This document shows positions 40,271-54,090 of a DNA stretch of 64,000 nucleotides, in pieces; position 1 is the first letter of the stretch, and each line of letters starts with the position of its first letter. The position numbers and the translations under genes were made by a program. The notes beneath the pieces are model-generated. The model searched no databases. It was not told the origin of the DNA and saw nothing but the letters and a program-made list of their open reading frames with translations. Source of the stretch: Eledone cirrhosa. Its lineage: Eukaryota. The stretch covers positions 9,610,001 to 9,674,000 of the forward strand of contig OZ024746.1 of the NCBI GenBank assembly GCA_964016885.1, written 5' to 3'.

Positions 40271-42761
40271 TATTAGATAATGTAGTTCAAATTCTGGCTG
40301 AAAATGAAAAGACACGAGGGTCACCATTTTAATGCATTTGATCACAGGTTTGCTCGACTAGGACTGATCTGAGGCTAAACAACAACAAAATATGTTATTG
40401 ACATACATTTATTTATGTTGAATAAAAACATAAACTTATTACATATATTTGCAAGGACTAAAATTACAAAGTCATACATGCACATTCTGGAAAATTTCTA
40501 ATGAAAAAAGAAAAAGAAAAATGATAAAAAATATCTTGCCACAACAAAATGCACCCAGTCCACACTGTAAAGTGGTCATGTTGGTGTCACGATATAAAGT
40601 CATGTAGGTGTCATGACAAGTATCACCCAACACACTCTGTAAATGTGGTTGGCATTAGGAAGGGCATACAACCATAGAAACCAAGCCAGAAACAGTTCTG
40701 TATGAGCAAGACACAGTCACTTGAACCAACTTGTCTCAAATAGAACAACCTGTCTAACCCATGCTAGTGTGAAAAATGGATGATCTCTACTCTATTATAT
40801 CAACTGATAAAGGAGAAATTTTAGAATGTTTTTAAACCAATTATTTTAGGTTCAAATAACAATAACAGCACAAAACAATAGACTATCAGACTGGCAGCAT
40901 AATAATTAAGAAGTATAAAATACAGTTTGTTAGGCCCAAAATGGTGGACAGAAAACCAATTAGTATTTTAATAAACAAAATAGGCCTACTTCGAACTTTG
41001 TCAACTACAAAATAATTTTAATTAGAATCGAAAAGAAAAATATGTAAAAATCTAGAATCAGCCAATTTACTCCTTGGTGATAAATTTAACCTTGGTTGGT
41101 AAACCCTGTCTTCCCGATTTCTTCCTTCAACTTAAAATAAAATTTGGAATAATAAAAAACAATGATTCATTTTTTTTAAATTATTCTTGCCTTCTTTAAA
41201 ATCTATATATGTACATACACAAATACTCTACTACTTCTCACTCACTATTTCTCACTCTCTCTCTCTCTCTCTCTCCATCACTTTCACTTCTTCAATCTAT
41301 TAATCTTTCTTCTTCAAGTAAATATATGAGTGGGCGAAATTAAGTTATTATACTACAACACATCTTGGCTGACCTATCATGGCTGACCTTCTATACCTAA
41401 AACATCTAGCTATCTATTTGACCCACCACCAATCCAATCAACATCTTCTGGTAGTGGTGATGATAGTTACTTTCTGATGCTCTTTCTATCTTTTCTTCTT
41501 CACAAACATCTATTCTCCTGAATATTTATCTAAAAAAAAAAAAGGAAAAAGAACACCAAGCCTTTACATCCGTTAACAATTTTTATGGAGAGTTTTCAGC
41601 TTTGTTTTACTTTATAGAAAAACAATTTATAGCAAAATCTATTAATACCAGTAAATTGTATTGCGTATGTTATAGTAATTTTATATATAGTAATTTTCAC
41701 AAACTTTTCAAGAACATTTTCAGTTTTATTAAATTTCTAAAACGTGATATTTAAAAACATATCTATTTATATTTCATAAAAAATGCAATGAATTTATGCT
41801 TGAGGATATTGAACTAATGACCACAAAGAGCAAAAGGTTTTGCAATACAGAAACTATGATGTTAATTTCCAGCTGTATGTTGACAGATGCCCCACATATA
41901 CCATTAGTTAAAGCATTTGTGTGGCATTTTCCCATGATTATGTCTTTGGAAGCCAATAAGAGCTGAGGTCATTGCTCTACAGAACAATACTACTTGTTGG
42001 TGTTTACATTTTTATTCACCCTTAAGCCCAAGCTGCACTAAGAAGATTCATTTGGGATTCTCAGTCAGTTGAAGTAGCATCAAAATCCATTAATTAAACT
42101 GATCACAGTCCTTCACTTAATTCTTTATTTATTTAATTGACGGTGGAAGGATTAAAGACAAAATTTCCCTGAATTACATTGAAAATAAAGGACAAACTAA
42201 ATCCTGCAAGGCCTTTTGCCTGATACTTGCAGTTATGTACCTAGTTTAATCTTAGACCTAGTTATGTATGCTGTGTGTACCCCAGTATTTAGATACTGCA
42301 TGTATCCTGGTTTTTAGAATAGGCACATCATATCTCAGTATGTTATAAATGGTAACTGAAAAAGCTGACATGAGGAAGAGCATTTAACTGTAAAACACTA
42401 CCTTAAAATGTCCCATCCAACTTATACCAACATAGAAAGGGTGATGTAAAAACAGCACTAGGCCTAACTTTATATATATGTGAGTGTGTAGTAAACTATC
42501 GGTGGGTGTAAAAATGAAAACAAAGCTCAATCAGGTATGAGAGTTGATATATTATTTATGTTCATACATAATGTTAAGCAATGAGGGAATAAGAAAATCA
42601 AAGTAAGAAAATTAATCCATTGTTTTAAGAACATTTCAGAGAGAAATAGCTAACAATGTGCAGACTAATCGATGTTAGACAATTCCATACTATCAGCCTC
42701 AAAGATGCATATCTATTCTGCTTTCATTCCTTGTCTGTGTATATGTGTGTGCATTAGTTGT

Positions 42762-43004
42762 GTGAAGGTGCATGGCTTAGTGGTTAGAGCATTGGGCTTG
42801 CAATCGAAAGGTTGCGAGTTCAATTCTCGGACCGGGTGATGTGTTGTTTCCTTGAGCAAGACACTTTATTTCTCATTGCTCCAGTTTACTCAGCTGTAGA
42901 AATGAGATGATAGGACTGGGGTCCCTATCATTAAATCACCCAAGACACCTCCAACGAGATATAACTTGGAGGAGGCCAGCTAAACCTGCATAGGTGTGAG
43001 CTGT
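42762..43004 (+). mobile_element. tRNA-derived SINE (family S2, CORE/V-like body)
   Basis: TGGCTTAGTGGTTAGAGC A-box, GAGTTCAATTC B-box, and TCCTTGAGCAAGACACTT body motif. Confidence 0.85.
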
Positions 43005-43139
43005 CACACACATTAGTTGTTAATGTTTCCTCATTTCCCATTCCTTGTCAAAAAACTTGCTTATGTGCTACAAGGTTCCTGTGGCTTCTCACAAGGTGTT
43101 GGCTATACTAGAAGACACCTGCTAACAGTTGTTGTTGTT

Positions 43140-43372
43140 ACAGCTCACACCTATGCAGGTTTAGCTGGCCTCCTCCAAGGTATATCTCGTTGGAGGTGTC
43201 TTGGGTGATTTAATAGGGACCCCAGTCCTCTCATCTCATTTCTACAGCTGAGTAAACTGGATCAACGTGAAATAAAGTGTCTTGCTCAAGGAAACAACCC
43301 GGTCCGAGAATTGAACTCACAACCTTTCGATTGCAAACCCAATGCTCTAACCACTAAGACATGTGCCTTCAC
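43140..43372 (-). mobile_element. S2 SINE, inverted partner of 42762-43004
   Basis: Close reverse complement ending at the same 3' point, with a ~135 bp spacer. Confidence 0.85.
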
Positions 43373-43778
43373 TGCTAACAGTATCATTAAGTGAATCAAA
43401 CCCAGAAGTATGAGGTTGTGAAGTGAATCTTTTAACTACAAGGCTATACTTGTGTTAATTTTACTGCTATTTCTAACAAGAAGAATAATTGCATATGAAG
43501 TCACCCTGTTGGCTTGAATGACATGCAAATTTGTGAGATGTTCTATATTTTGCTTTCCTTTTCCTTTCCAGAAGAGATCTTAGTCTATATATAATAGTTG
43601 TTGCAACAATCCATACAAAAATAAAAACTAAACATTAATATAAAAATATATATCTTTAATCATAGTTTTAATGTAATTGAACAATGCTGAGTACACAATC
43701 AAAAAAGGACATTTTGTTTTCAACTTTAGAGATTAAAATTGCTTTTACTTAATGGAAACTCTGTAAATTGGTGTCTTT

Positions 43779-43843
<65 letters not shown>

Positions 43844-44687
43844 TACACATAGAAATATATCATGTTTTGAAGTTATTTTATAAGAATTTTATTCTTGGAA
43901 AATAACTTTGTTTCAAGATGAGAAGCATCATTTATATCTAAGTGGATAAGCTTCCAAGTTAATTGTTACTATGGATACAGGTTCATATAGTTATTTATCT
44001 ATAACCCAAGCTGTTGGTGGGGAATTGACAAAGTCATTAGAATGTCAGATAAAATTGATTGCAATATTTGTTCTGTCTCCCCATGTACTGAGTTCAAATT
44101 TCACTGAGGTCAGTTTCATACTAGGGTTTATTCTCCCTTTCCCTCTTCTTCTCTCTCTATATATATATCTATCTGGAAGAACTAGACAATAGTCTCACCT
44201 GGAATGGAAGGGTCTTTGCTGGGATTAGAATACCCTAGGCATGCCACATGTTATAATGTTGCTCCTATGAGTCCATCAGGAGTTGCAAACTCAAATAACT
44301 GTATTGATAATTGAGTAGTTATTGCCAGAATATCTATCTTCTACTATAAATGTAAATAGTGTCAATCACAAAGTTTGTTTACGTTTTAGACTGCACTAAT
44401 ATAATCAGCAATCTACTAATGAATTGTTAATAAATGAAATTTATTGGTTCAATCCTTATCTACAGCTGTCAAAAAAGACCTTGTATGACTAATTTTACAA
44501 CAACACTATATACACAGGTATATGACTGAATATATTTTAGTTACATTGTGCCTAACGTAGAAACAATTATTGTTATAGGGATTTATTTGTTCCACGCTAA
44601 AAACAAACTCTCATAGTTAAAGAAAAGAAAAAAAATTGCCAAATGTTTTCTTCTTCAACATGAAACAAATCCCCCCCACACACACAG

Positions 44688-44755
<68 letters not shown>

Positions 44756-45400
44756 TATCCCTAAAATAGCAATTCTTGTCACTAGTTTCTTATAATATCA
44801 AATTGCTGATTTAAGTGGTTTTGAAATAGAGAAAGCTGGAAAATTGAATTATTCTCAAATATATTTAGTGTTTCCACATTGCAATACCAGAGATTTGAAG
44901 TTGATAAAATGTTGTGTATATTTTTTTCTATACATAAAAGGGGAAAAAGAAAATAAGATATATTTTAGCAGAAAGCAAAAATAGCAAACCAGTTTCTTTT
45001 TTCTGCCTACACATTTATTTTAACATTTTCTGTTTTAGAAGTAGACGATAATTATATCTTTTGTTTTAGCCCTTTTGTTACCAAACATACTAAAACTGCC
45101 CCTGGTTCTGTATTATGAAGCTGTATAATTTACAATGTTTATATTTATCTAAAAAAAAAAGCACCTTCCATCATATTATGTAAGAATCTTTAAGTTATAC
45201 TCCAAAAACCAGCTTCATAAAGAAAATGTTAGTTATTCAAATCTATCCAGATTCCTAATTATTTTCTAAATTATTTGAAAGTCATAGGCAGTGGAAATAA
45301 AAGGGATAATGAGGAACTTTTACTTTTCATTTGATCTTTGGTAAATTTCAATTTTATTTTCTAAATTGTTTAATAAATTGTTAAAATAATCTTCCATAAT

Positions 45401-45582
45401 AATTGTTTCTACTTTTGGCACAAGGCCAGAAATTATCTCAGTGTATTACTGGTACTTTATTTTATTGACCCCGTAAGGATGAAAGGCTAGTTAACCTCAG
45501 CAGGATTTGAACTCAGACCATAAAGTGCCGTAACTCTATGCTGCAAAGCATGGCGTCCGACTCTCTACCAATACTGCCAATC
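45401..45582 (-). mobile_element. S1 SINE
   Basis: Reverse complement of the S1 consensus. Confidence 0.85.
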
Positions 45583-47359
45583 ATCCTTATTATCCTCTTC
45601 CCCTTCCTCATCATCTTTTTGCGTCTGGTTTCCAAGCTAGCATGGATTGGTTGTCAAGTCTTTCTCATACATCCCATATTTTAGCATGCCATCTACTCTC
45701 TTGGACGTCCTTTCTAAATCCCAACCATTTTACTGAGAATACTGGGTACATTTTATTGTAGCATCAGCACTACCACTTCACAGTCTTGCATTTTATCATG
45801 GCATAAACACTACCATTTTGCAGTACCTATTTTATTAACATGTTCTAATTTGAATGTTTATCTAATAGGGCTGATACTTACATCAGTATCATTGCATTGC
45901 ATTGCCAAGTTTTAAAAAATGACTACTGTTGTTCCACTGGTAAATTACCCAATCTGTAGTAACATGCACATAGGTTACAATTTGGTGTTTCAGTGATTTA
46001 AGAACCTGTCAACTGCCATTTGCAAAGGTGAACACATTAAAACTTTTGCTACCCTCCCTGGCAAACTGGCTCTGGTCTCATGAACTGAATCATCTCATGT
46101 TATAGGATTCATATTTGAATAAAAATCTTCCAGTATGATTTTATTTTAGAACCATATTAAGTTACTATCTTAGTAATGAAATAATTTTAATAAATCTCTT
46201 GACATTCTTGATTAATCAATTGAAATAGAGTATATTTCATTAGAAATATGATCATAAAAGGGTTAATAACAAACTTTATAATAGATACTTACTTTTGAAT
46301 TGTAGTGGAGTTCAATTACTTTGATTCAAGATTGTTTGAAAACACCTCTGATTTTATGGTACAAAACCTTTTATTCTAAAGTGTTAATATTTAAATTATG
46401 ACCTTCCTTCATAATTTTATGTTCTTTCCACTAAATCCTTCCAAATTCATAATTATTAAAACAAAATGATTACAACACATAAAAAGTGGTCTTCATTAGA
46501 AATATGTCCATAAAACATTTAAGAGTTTTAAGATAGCAGAGTGTCATATCAAGAATTTCTATCTTGTCAAGCAACTGCATCAAAGCTTCTTTGTTGGCAT
46601 GTGACTGAAGAAAAAAGTATTTAACCAAAGTTGAAAAAGGAAAGATATTGAAATATTATATTTGTGTTAATTTAATAAGCTGAGCTTCTCTCAGGGGGGT
46701 TGAGGAATATGTATGTTAATCCAAGCATTATCATGTCTCCATCATAGCATAGTACTTATATATACTTGCTTTAGTTTACCTAGCTGGAAAATTAGTATTA
46801 TAGTATAATTCAATGTTTGATGGCTTGTCCTTTGGAAAGATGATTACAAGTAAATACATCTGCAAAATCATTTTATAAAATCATCTTGCTCTTGGTAGCA
46901 TAGAAATGCTAATGAACAAAAATAAAAAGCATTCTACTTAAAAGTATATTGATGCATTTATGTTCCTGTTTTATTTTTATATTTATATTAAGTCAGTTGG
47001 TTTTATTTCATTGCCTTTTGCTAAGAAAATGTTCTCTCATACTTAGCCATATTAGACTCAACCTAAATGTCAGGTTTCCATCTAACACTGCTCCCATTAT
47101 CAATAACCTGTCCAATAGGTATAGTACTTACATCATCATTGCATTGCTAAGTTAAAAAAATGACTACTAATGTTCCACTGGTAAATCACATGATCTGCAG
47201 TAACATGTACATAGGTTACAATTTGGTATTTCAGTGATTTAAGAACCTGTGAATTGTCATTTTAAGAAGCCATATTAGAGTAAACCAACATGTCAGGTTT
47301 CCATAAGTTTAATACTGCTTCCATTATCAATAACCTGTCCAGATATTCATATCCCTCAT

Positions 47360-47587
47360 TTAACCCTTTAATATTCAAACCAGCCAAAACCGGCCATAAT
47401 TCTCTATCTTTTTCTGTTGAAACTGGCTATAACTGGTTACTCAAACTGATGTTAAGGTATTGTTTTCAAAATAAATACTTTCAAAATCTCATAGATTCGA
47501 TATTATGTGAGATAATTATGTGAGATAAAGCATTTACCATGGAAATACAACAGTATATATAGAGTAATGTGAATGCTAAAGGGTTAA
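47360..47587. mobile_element. piggyBac-like MITE
   Basis: TTAA-CCCTTTA...TAAAGGG-TTAA; internal homology to 5742-5908. Confidence 0.78.
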
Positions 47588-48148
47588 GATATGTTTCAGA
47601 TAGCGATAGCTGTAACAATGAAATATAAAGGATTCAAATACTCATCTTCAAATATGTTTTCCAACACAAACACAAAATAAGTTAAATCTAGAATTAATAG
47701 ATTATGTTTTTTGTTGATTTTTTTGCTTTGGTTTAACCAATGAGTTTTAAATACCACCAACAATCCTGGAGATCACATAGTCAGAATAAAATATCTGTGG
47801 AACGGAATGTAAAGAAGGAGAAGCTGTCAAAATGATAAATAGCTTCAACATAGATAAAATGGAATGTGATGAGCTATCAAAGTGATAAATTACATTTAAA
47901 AAATTGAGAAATGTTGGTAGTCTGATGAAAACTGACCAAATGACATTTGAAATAAAATTATACAGAGATCTAAAACACTTGTGGATATATTTACAATTGC
48001 AGGAAATTTTATGGATAGGGATTATAAAATTTACCACATTTCAATATTGTATGGAAGCCTGTAAGATGGACTGCACCTGTAATTCAAATTTGCAACCTTG
48101 TCAGGCTGTCATGCTAATTCTGCATAAGACACACATTAAGGGCAAATG

Positions 48149-48451
48149 CTGGGCTGGATTTAATGGGGGACAAAAGGAGCAATTGCCCCAGGCCCCTTGT
48201 AGTAGCCCCCACCCACTGCAAGGGGCCCAGGGCAATTTATTTGTGCCCTTAGCTGCACTTTTTAGCTTTAGTATGGTTGGATTTTTTTAAATTCAATGCC
48301 TGTGTGTATAACTTTTTAATTCTAATTACTTGTGCCAAGATAACTTTGATATGTAAAATTAGAGGGTTTGTTGTATTCTAGTTTTTTGTGTATGAGGGGT
48401 TCTCTCCAAACCTGAAGTGCCCCAAGTCCCCAAGGTCGAAATCCAACCCTG
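48149..48451. mobile_element. hAT-like non-autonomous DNA transposon
   Basis: Imperfect TIRs CTGGGCTGGATTT / AAATCCAACCCTG, GC-rich subterminal GGGGCCC motifs, and an approximate 8-bp TSD GGCAAATG / GGCACATG. Confidence 0.6.
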
Positions 48452-48818
48452 GCACATGTCTGAGGAATACTCAGCCACTTCAGATGTATCATTAAGTTGA
48501 TTAAACAACTAGACACATATATCTTTCTCAGTATATTGCACACAAAAATGAAGAAATTACTATAAAGATTATAATTATACAGAAAAATATATTCATTGCT
48601 TTTTGTTCCAGTTTATTAAATGGTAAAGAACATGTCTGACATAAAAGATGAAAAGATCTTGGTTTTTTTCCAAGAGGGCTGGAGCATGATTTAGGACATG
48701 TGTGATTTTACTCAGCTTTGAACAATATGGGTCTGGCAAATGAAGTCGAATGTTCATAGATAGGTTTGGTTTGTTCTAAATGTATTTTTGTTCAAGTTAA
48801 GGCAATTGATAGTCTAAG

Positions 48819-48856
<38 letters not shown>

Positions 48857-49610
48857 GCATAATTTTACATACATTTTTCCATTCTGACATGGGTTATAAA
48901 TTTTTTGAATGTCAATAATTATGCAAATGGTCTAGTGGTTAGGGTGCTGCTCTCAATATCATAAGATTGTGAGTTTAATCTCCAGATCGGGTGGCACATT
49001 GTATTATTGAGCAAGATGCTCTGTTTCATACTGCATCCATCCACTTAGCGGAAAATTAGTCCCAGACGCAGCTGGTGGTTAACCTTGCAATGAATTCTCA
49101 GTCCCTTAACACCACATAAAACTAGGGTCAGCTTTAATCTGATGTGCTTCAAAGTTGATTTCAAAATTTTGTGGCTCCAGCTTCAAACCCATTGTGCAGC
49201 TTTTTGAGTGCATATCTTCTACTGTAATCTCAGATTAATCAACTTTGCCTCATTCTGAGTGGAATTAGCAAGGAACACTGTTCAGAAACCTCTCATATAT
49301 CTGTATAAGTGTGCTCTTTCTTTTTTTTTTGTTTACAACAGTTTAAAAGCCAGTCTTGTATTCGTTTTGTGTTCCTTGATATCTCATAGCTTAATTGTTC
49401 CCTTAATCTTCTTTTTTCGGGGGAGGGGGGGGGGGGGTAGTGTTCATGATTCACATCCATAGAGGAGACTCAACTATTGCTTTGAATAGCCCCATTTTTG
49501 TTGTTTTAAGACTTACAAACTTACAATAAGATGATCCTGAATAGAATCAGATCATGAGAATTCAGTAAACCCAGTTGAGTACAGTCTCAATCTATGAAAC
49601 CCTACCTAAC

Positions 49611-49644
<34 letters not shown>

Positions 49645-49645
<1 letters not shown>

Positions 49646-49891
49646 AACATTCACTTCTCAAACATCTGGTTCTAGATTGGAAATGTTATATCTACTCTAG
49701 CCTTGGGTTGACCAATACCTTGTGATTAGAAGTTAGTAGGTGAAAACTGTGCAGCAGAAATCTGTGCTGTATATATCATCATCATCATCATCACCGTTTT
49801 ACATCCGTTCTTCCACGCTAGCATGGGTTAGACGGGTTGTCCTGTTGTGGGCAGTGTCTGGTCGGCTGACCATGCCTTGCTCATACAGGAA

Positions 49892-49935
<44 letters not shown>

Positions 49936-50057
49936 CACAGATTTCTGCTGCACAGTTTTCACCTACTAACTTCTAATCACAAGGTATTGGTCAACCCAAG
50001 GCTAGAGTAGATATAACATTTCCAATCTAGAACCAGATGTTTGAGAAGTGAATGTTT
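49645..50057. repeat. Perfect 126-bp inverted duplication
   Basis: 49645-49770 and 49932-50057 are exact reverse complements by eye. The spacer is a (CAT)n-tailed retroelement fragment plus (TA)n. Confidence 0.9.
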
Positions 50058-50210
50058 TACCCACACATACATTTTTCAAGGAAAATCTAGCTAATAAAAG
50101 CTGAATTTAGTAAATTACGATATGCTACTGTAAAATGCTATTTTAGAAATCCATAAAAACTACTCAAGAAATCTGTCAAGTTCAAAAGATAGAGGCTACG
50201 TTTTTCTTAC

Positions 50211-50241
50211 CTTTGTAAGGTATATTGGAAATCTATTAAAG
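50211..50241 (-). other. Candidate 31-nt micro-exon
   Basis: Minus strand tttagttttctttcacag|CTTTAATAGATTTCCAATATACCTTACAAAG|gtaagaaa: a strong acceptor and a strong donor close together. Confidence 0.45.
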
Positions 50242-52697
50242 CTGTGAAAGAAAACTAAATATTCTGATATAGAATTCTATATATATCGTCTTAAAGTACT
50301 GGCTGGTCTGGTTTTATCATTCTTTGCTAGAGCTCAAAATATTTCAATATCTATTTCATAATATGGTTGTTGTTTAGTCACAGGTCAGCTCTGACTAATC
50401 AAATCTATGATCAGGGCCATTCCTGCTTTGACCACCAACTCTTATATTCTCAGGTTGAGTGTGTGTATGTAGAAATACATTATCTAATGTGACCTGTAAC
50501 ATTCCTTTTTTCTTAAGATGGGAGAGAAATTTTTACTGCTATTTCTAACGCCACATTTAATACATTCTGTAATATTCACATCTTTCTATATTCTACATTT
50601 TACTTTCTTCCTTCCAGAATCAATGACATTAAAGTACCAATAGTATACTGAGGTTGATTGAAACAGATGTACACTCACCTCTCCAAAATTTGATCTTGTA
50701 CCATTATTTTTCTGATATTTTTGTCTTGAAATTGATATATCTTATTTATGTGTTTTAGAAATCAACTGTCATATAGGAAACTAGTGAAACAAAACATCCT
50801 TCCAGTCAGGCCACTCTTTTATAATTAACAAAATGTTCTTTAGGTGTCTGCTTTAGATGTCTTTCATGAGGTGTTTCAATTTATGCTTGTCTTGTGAAAC
50901 AACACATATTGCTACAAAATGATCAAAATATTCTAGACAATACATAATTAAATAGATAAATAAATACTGAGTGATTGATTTTATGATGGAAATTTCTTTA
51001 AACATTTGTTTTATTTCGTTTTTTTTTTCTCAGTTCTTAATGCAATAACTACAATAAAAACTATTGTCAAATAAATATATCTGAGAAAACAGATGTAGAT
51101 TTTGGAGGTATTCATTTCTTCAATTATTTATAAATAGAGAAATAAGAGTGTCACTATGTGATCACTCGGCTTGTTAAAAATAACAGCCAAATTTCTTTTA
51201 AATCACACTTTACAGTTTTAAAAGGAAGAGACACACCGAGTAATTTAGTTGTAAATATACTATTTATGAATAAAAGAAGGAAATGGTTGTGACTAGAATG
51301 ATTTTGACTGGAATGCCTTTGGTTATAGGTCCACTTGGTCAGAGTTTATATGGGAGTAAACAAGGGCCATAGTAGCACCACCACCCCACATACTTACAAA
51401 AAAATTATTATGTATAGAATGAAAGAAGAAAAATAAATAACCTTAAAATGAATATTTACTACAAATCTTAGTTCAGATTTAACTTAACCATTTCATTATC
51501 GTATTCCTAATGATGAAAGAATTGGGAGAGATTTAGTAATATATATAATTTACACATAATTAATCTGATGTTTAGAAGATAAAATGATGTTGAAAATAAT
51601 AAACATTTTAGAGGGATTAAGTAATATAACTAGGTTTCCTGCTATTAAGCTAGTATTCAAAACTTAAAGATTCTTATATAAAATTATGATAAGAGGATTT
51701 TAAATAAACATTATGATTATAAACACTGTGGTGGTTTTGTGCAATTTCAGGCAGTTTAGTATCTAAAGAGTTAATCCTTATGCCTACATACAGGCCTACA
51801 TACTTAATGAGAATTATCATTGCTTGCTTTAACATGTTCTATTCAAATTGCTTTAAACACACCTTAATTCTAAAAACAAAAAAATAATTGAATAGTCTTA
51901 GAAAGTTAGGGCTCCATGTTGTCTGCTAAAAATCAGATTTTTCTTCTTCTAACTGCATTACCTATATGCAATTTTAATTAAGTGGAACTTTAGTGCATCA
52001 AATAATTTTACAAAAGAAATTCTGTTTCATTTCAATGTTCATTTGAGTTGCTACATTTGCCTTTCTTTGGTTTTGTTAAACATTGATCAACAACGTTCAC
52101 CTCATCTCACTCCAGCTATAGTCTTGATTAATCAAAGAGATCATGGTTGCCACATTAAGTATGTTTGCACTTACTTCACTATCAATTAATTAATTATGTT
52201 GTTTTTTGTATGATAATTCACCTAATCAAAGTTATATCAGAATGTATATTGTTCTGAAAAATGAAAACTATTTAAGATAATGGTATTCTGTATAGGATGA
52301 TTTTTGATCTTTGTCTGACTAGAAAGCTTATGATATTGTGTCTATAGTAAAGAGAAAATGATAAAGAGTTTGTATTGATATGTACACCAACAGATAAGTG
52401 ATACACAGCTTACCTATTGTTCTAGGTGACAATGTAAATTGTTTAGTAGTTCAAATGTTCTTATTAGTTATCAGATGTCTAACTCATTTATGTTTAAATT
52501 CTGTCTAGTTCAACTTAGCTTGTCATCTCTCCATGGCCAATACAATTAATACCAGTCATAAATCAAGGTCAATTTTATCAGGACTAGCACCACCTTCTAG
52601 TTACAAATCATTTGTTTTACATTTAGTCAAAAGAAACATATAGTTTTAAGAAATCGAAAAAAATGCAAGATACGATTTCATGCTTATTTTCCCTATA

Positions 52698-52735
52698 CTT
52701 GAGTCTGGTGCCTTAAACCACTCGGCCATCATCGA
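52698..52735 (-). pseudogene. 5' half of a tRNA-Leu(CAA)
   Basis: Minus strand GATGGCCGAGTGGTTTAAGGCACCAGACTCAAG matches the eukaryotic tRNA-Leu(CAA) D-arm and anticodon loop. No T-arm or B-box follows. Confidence 0.7.
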
Positions 52736-53924
52736 AACAAAGAAAACATCATTAGTAATTTCTCCAAATAGAAATATTAAAAGATGATAGAATGAGCCTG
52801 CAATCCAAAGAAACTGGTGGTGATCTGCATCAACATAAGTTAATCTATAACAGTTTATAGATGACAAAAAATGATAGTTGAATCTCCATTAAGAGTAAGA
52901 ATTCCATATTTTAAACACTTGTCCTTCTAAAGAATAAGGCGAAATAAGTGGACAAAGAAGAAGAAAGAAGAAATATTTATCTCATTATTTAGCTAAAACA
53001 CTGTGAAATTCCAATTACTGTACCTATGTGAAATTCCAATTACTATTACCATAGTGTCAAAAATATACAAGTATATTCCCAACACATGACAGGTTACACT
53101 CTAATACATTCATAGATGCACAAGCAGACACAAACCAAAATTAATAAAAGTAGGATAGTAAATTAGTACACAGCCTACAAGATTGACACGTGTGTCATAC
53201 ATAATGTATACAAAGAACACATGACAATTATGACCAAGTGATATGTGTAATTAAATGATGTAGACACATACATCTAATTATAATACAACACAGATAAAGG
53301 CCACTCTTCTGGTCACCTCTGTCTGTGGGATTCTCAAGCACTTTGATTCATATGAGACCTCCAAACACAAGGAGCAATGTCCTGATCATCAACCTAATAT
53401 TTTCAGCCCTTTAATACATTTAATAATATTTTCATGGCTTTAATACAAGAATCTGAATATGCATGCCACCCCTTCACTCACATGCTTAAGCTTATGGCCT
53501 GTCTATTACTTCTCTCCAAAGAAAGACAACTGTAAGAAGCATTGACATTTTCCCTCCTCACAGCAAATCAACTCAATGAGATTATTTTTCTCTCTACTAA
53601 CATTTATAGGAAAATTATAGTCAACACATCAATCTACTTCTAATGGTAAAATAGTGTAATTCGTGGTATGGATACAGTATAAATATTTACAAAAGGTAAT
53701 GGTTACATGAGTCCTGTATAGTTAGTTGTTGTTATTGTTCCATAGCTGCTATCAGCTTTAGATGGTAAAGATTAAGGTAAAGAAGTAGAAAAAGAAATGA
53801 TCTGTAATGGTTGCATATATAAGAAAGAGTTAAGCTTTATACACCAATTTTTACATCTCAATACAACCAGATTCTTGATTAATAAAATGTTGATAGATGT
53901 CGCATTAACTGTGTTAACACTTAC

Positions 53925-54090
53925 TTCACTATTTAGTTTCCTTGCTAATGATATCCTTGAGTTATTTATCTCAGACTTTATGATGTGTTGTATCACAGAT
54001 ATATCCTTAATATCTATCTTTGGATAGTTATAATATTTTCTTGCCACTGATCTAACAGACACATGAATGGCTATGCTTTGCTGAGAAGGT
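53925..54090 (-). other. Candidate 166-nt exon
   Basis: atctttattag|ACCTTC...AGTGAA|gtaagtg, with one fully open frame (PSQQSIAIHVSVRSVARKYYNYPKIDIKDISVIQHIIKSEINNSRISLARKLNSE). No recognisable homology. Confidence 0.4.

Noticed and set aside
42762-42835. Functional tRNA gene
   Set aside because: The acceptor stem does not close and the sequence continues into a SINE body, so it is a SINE head.
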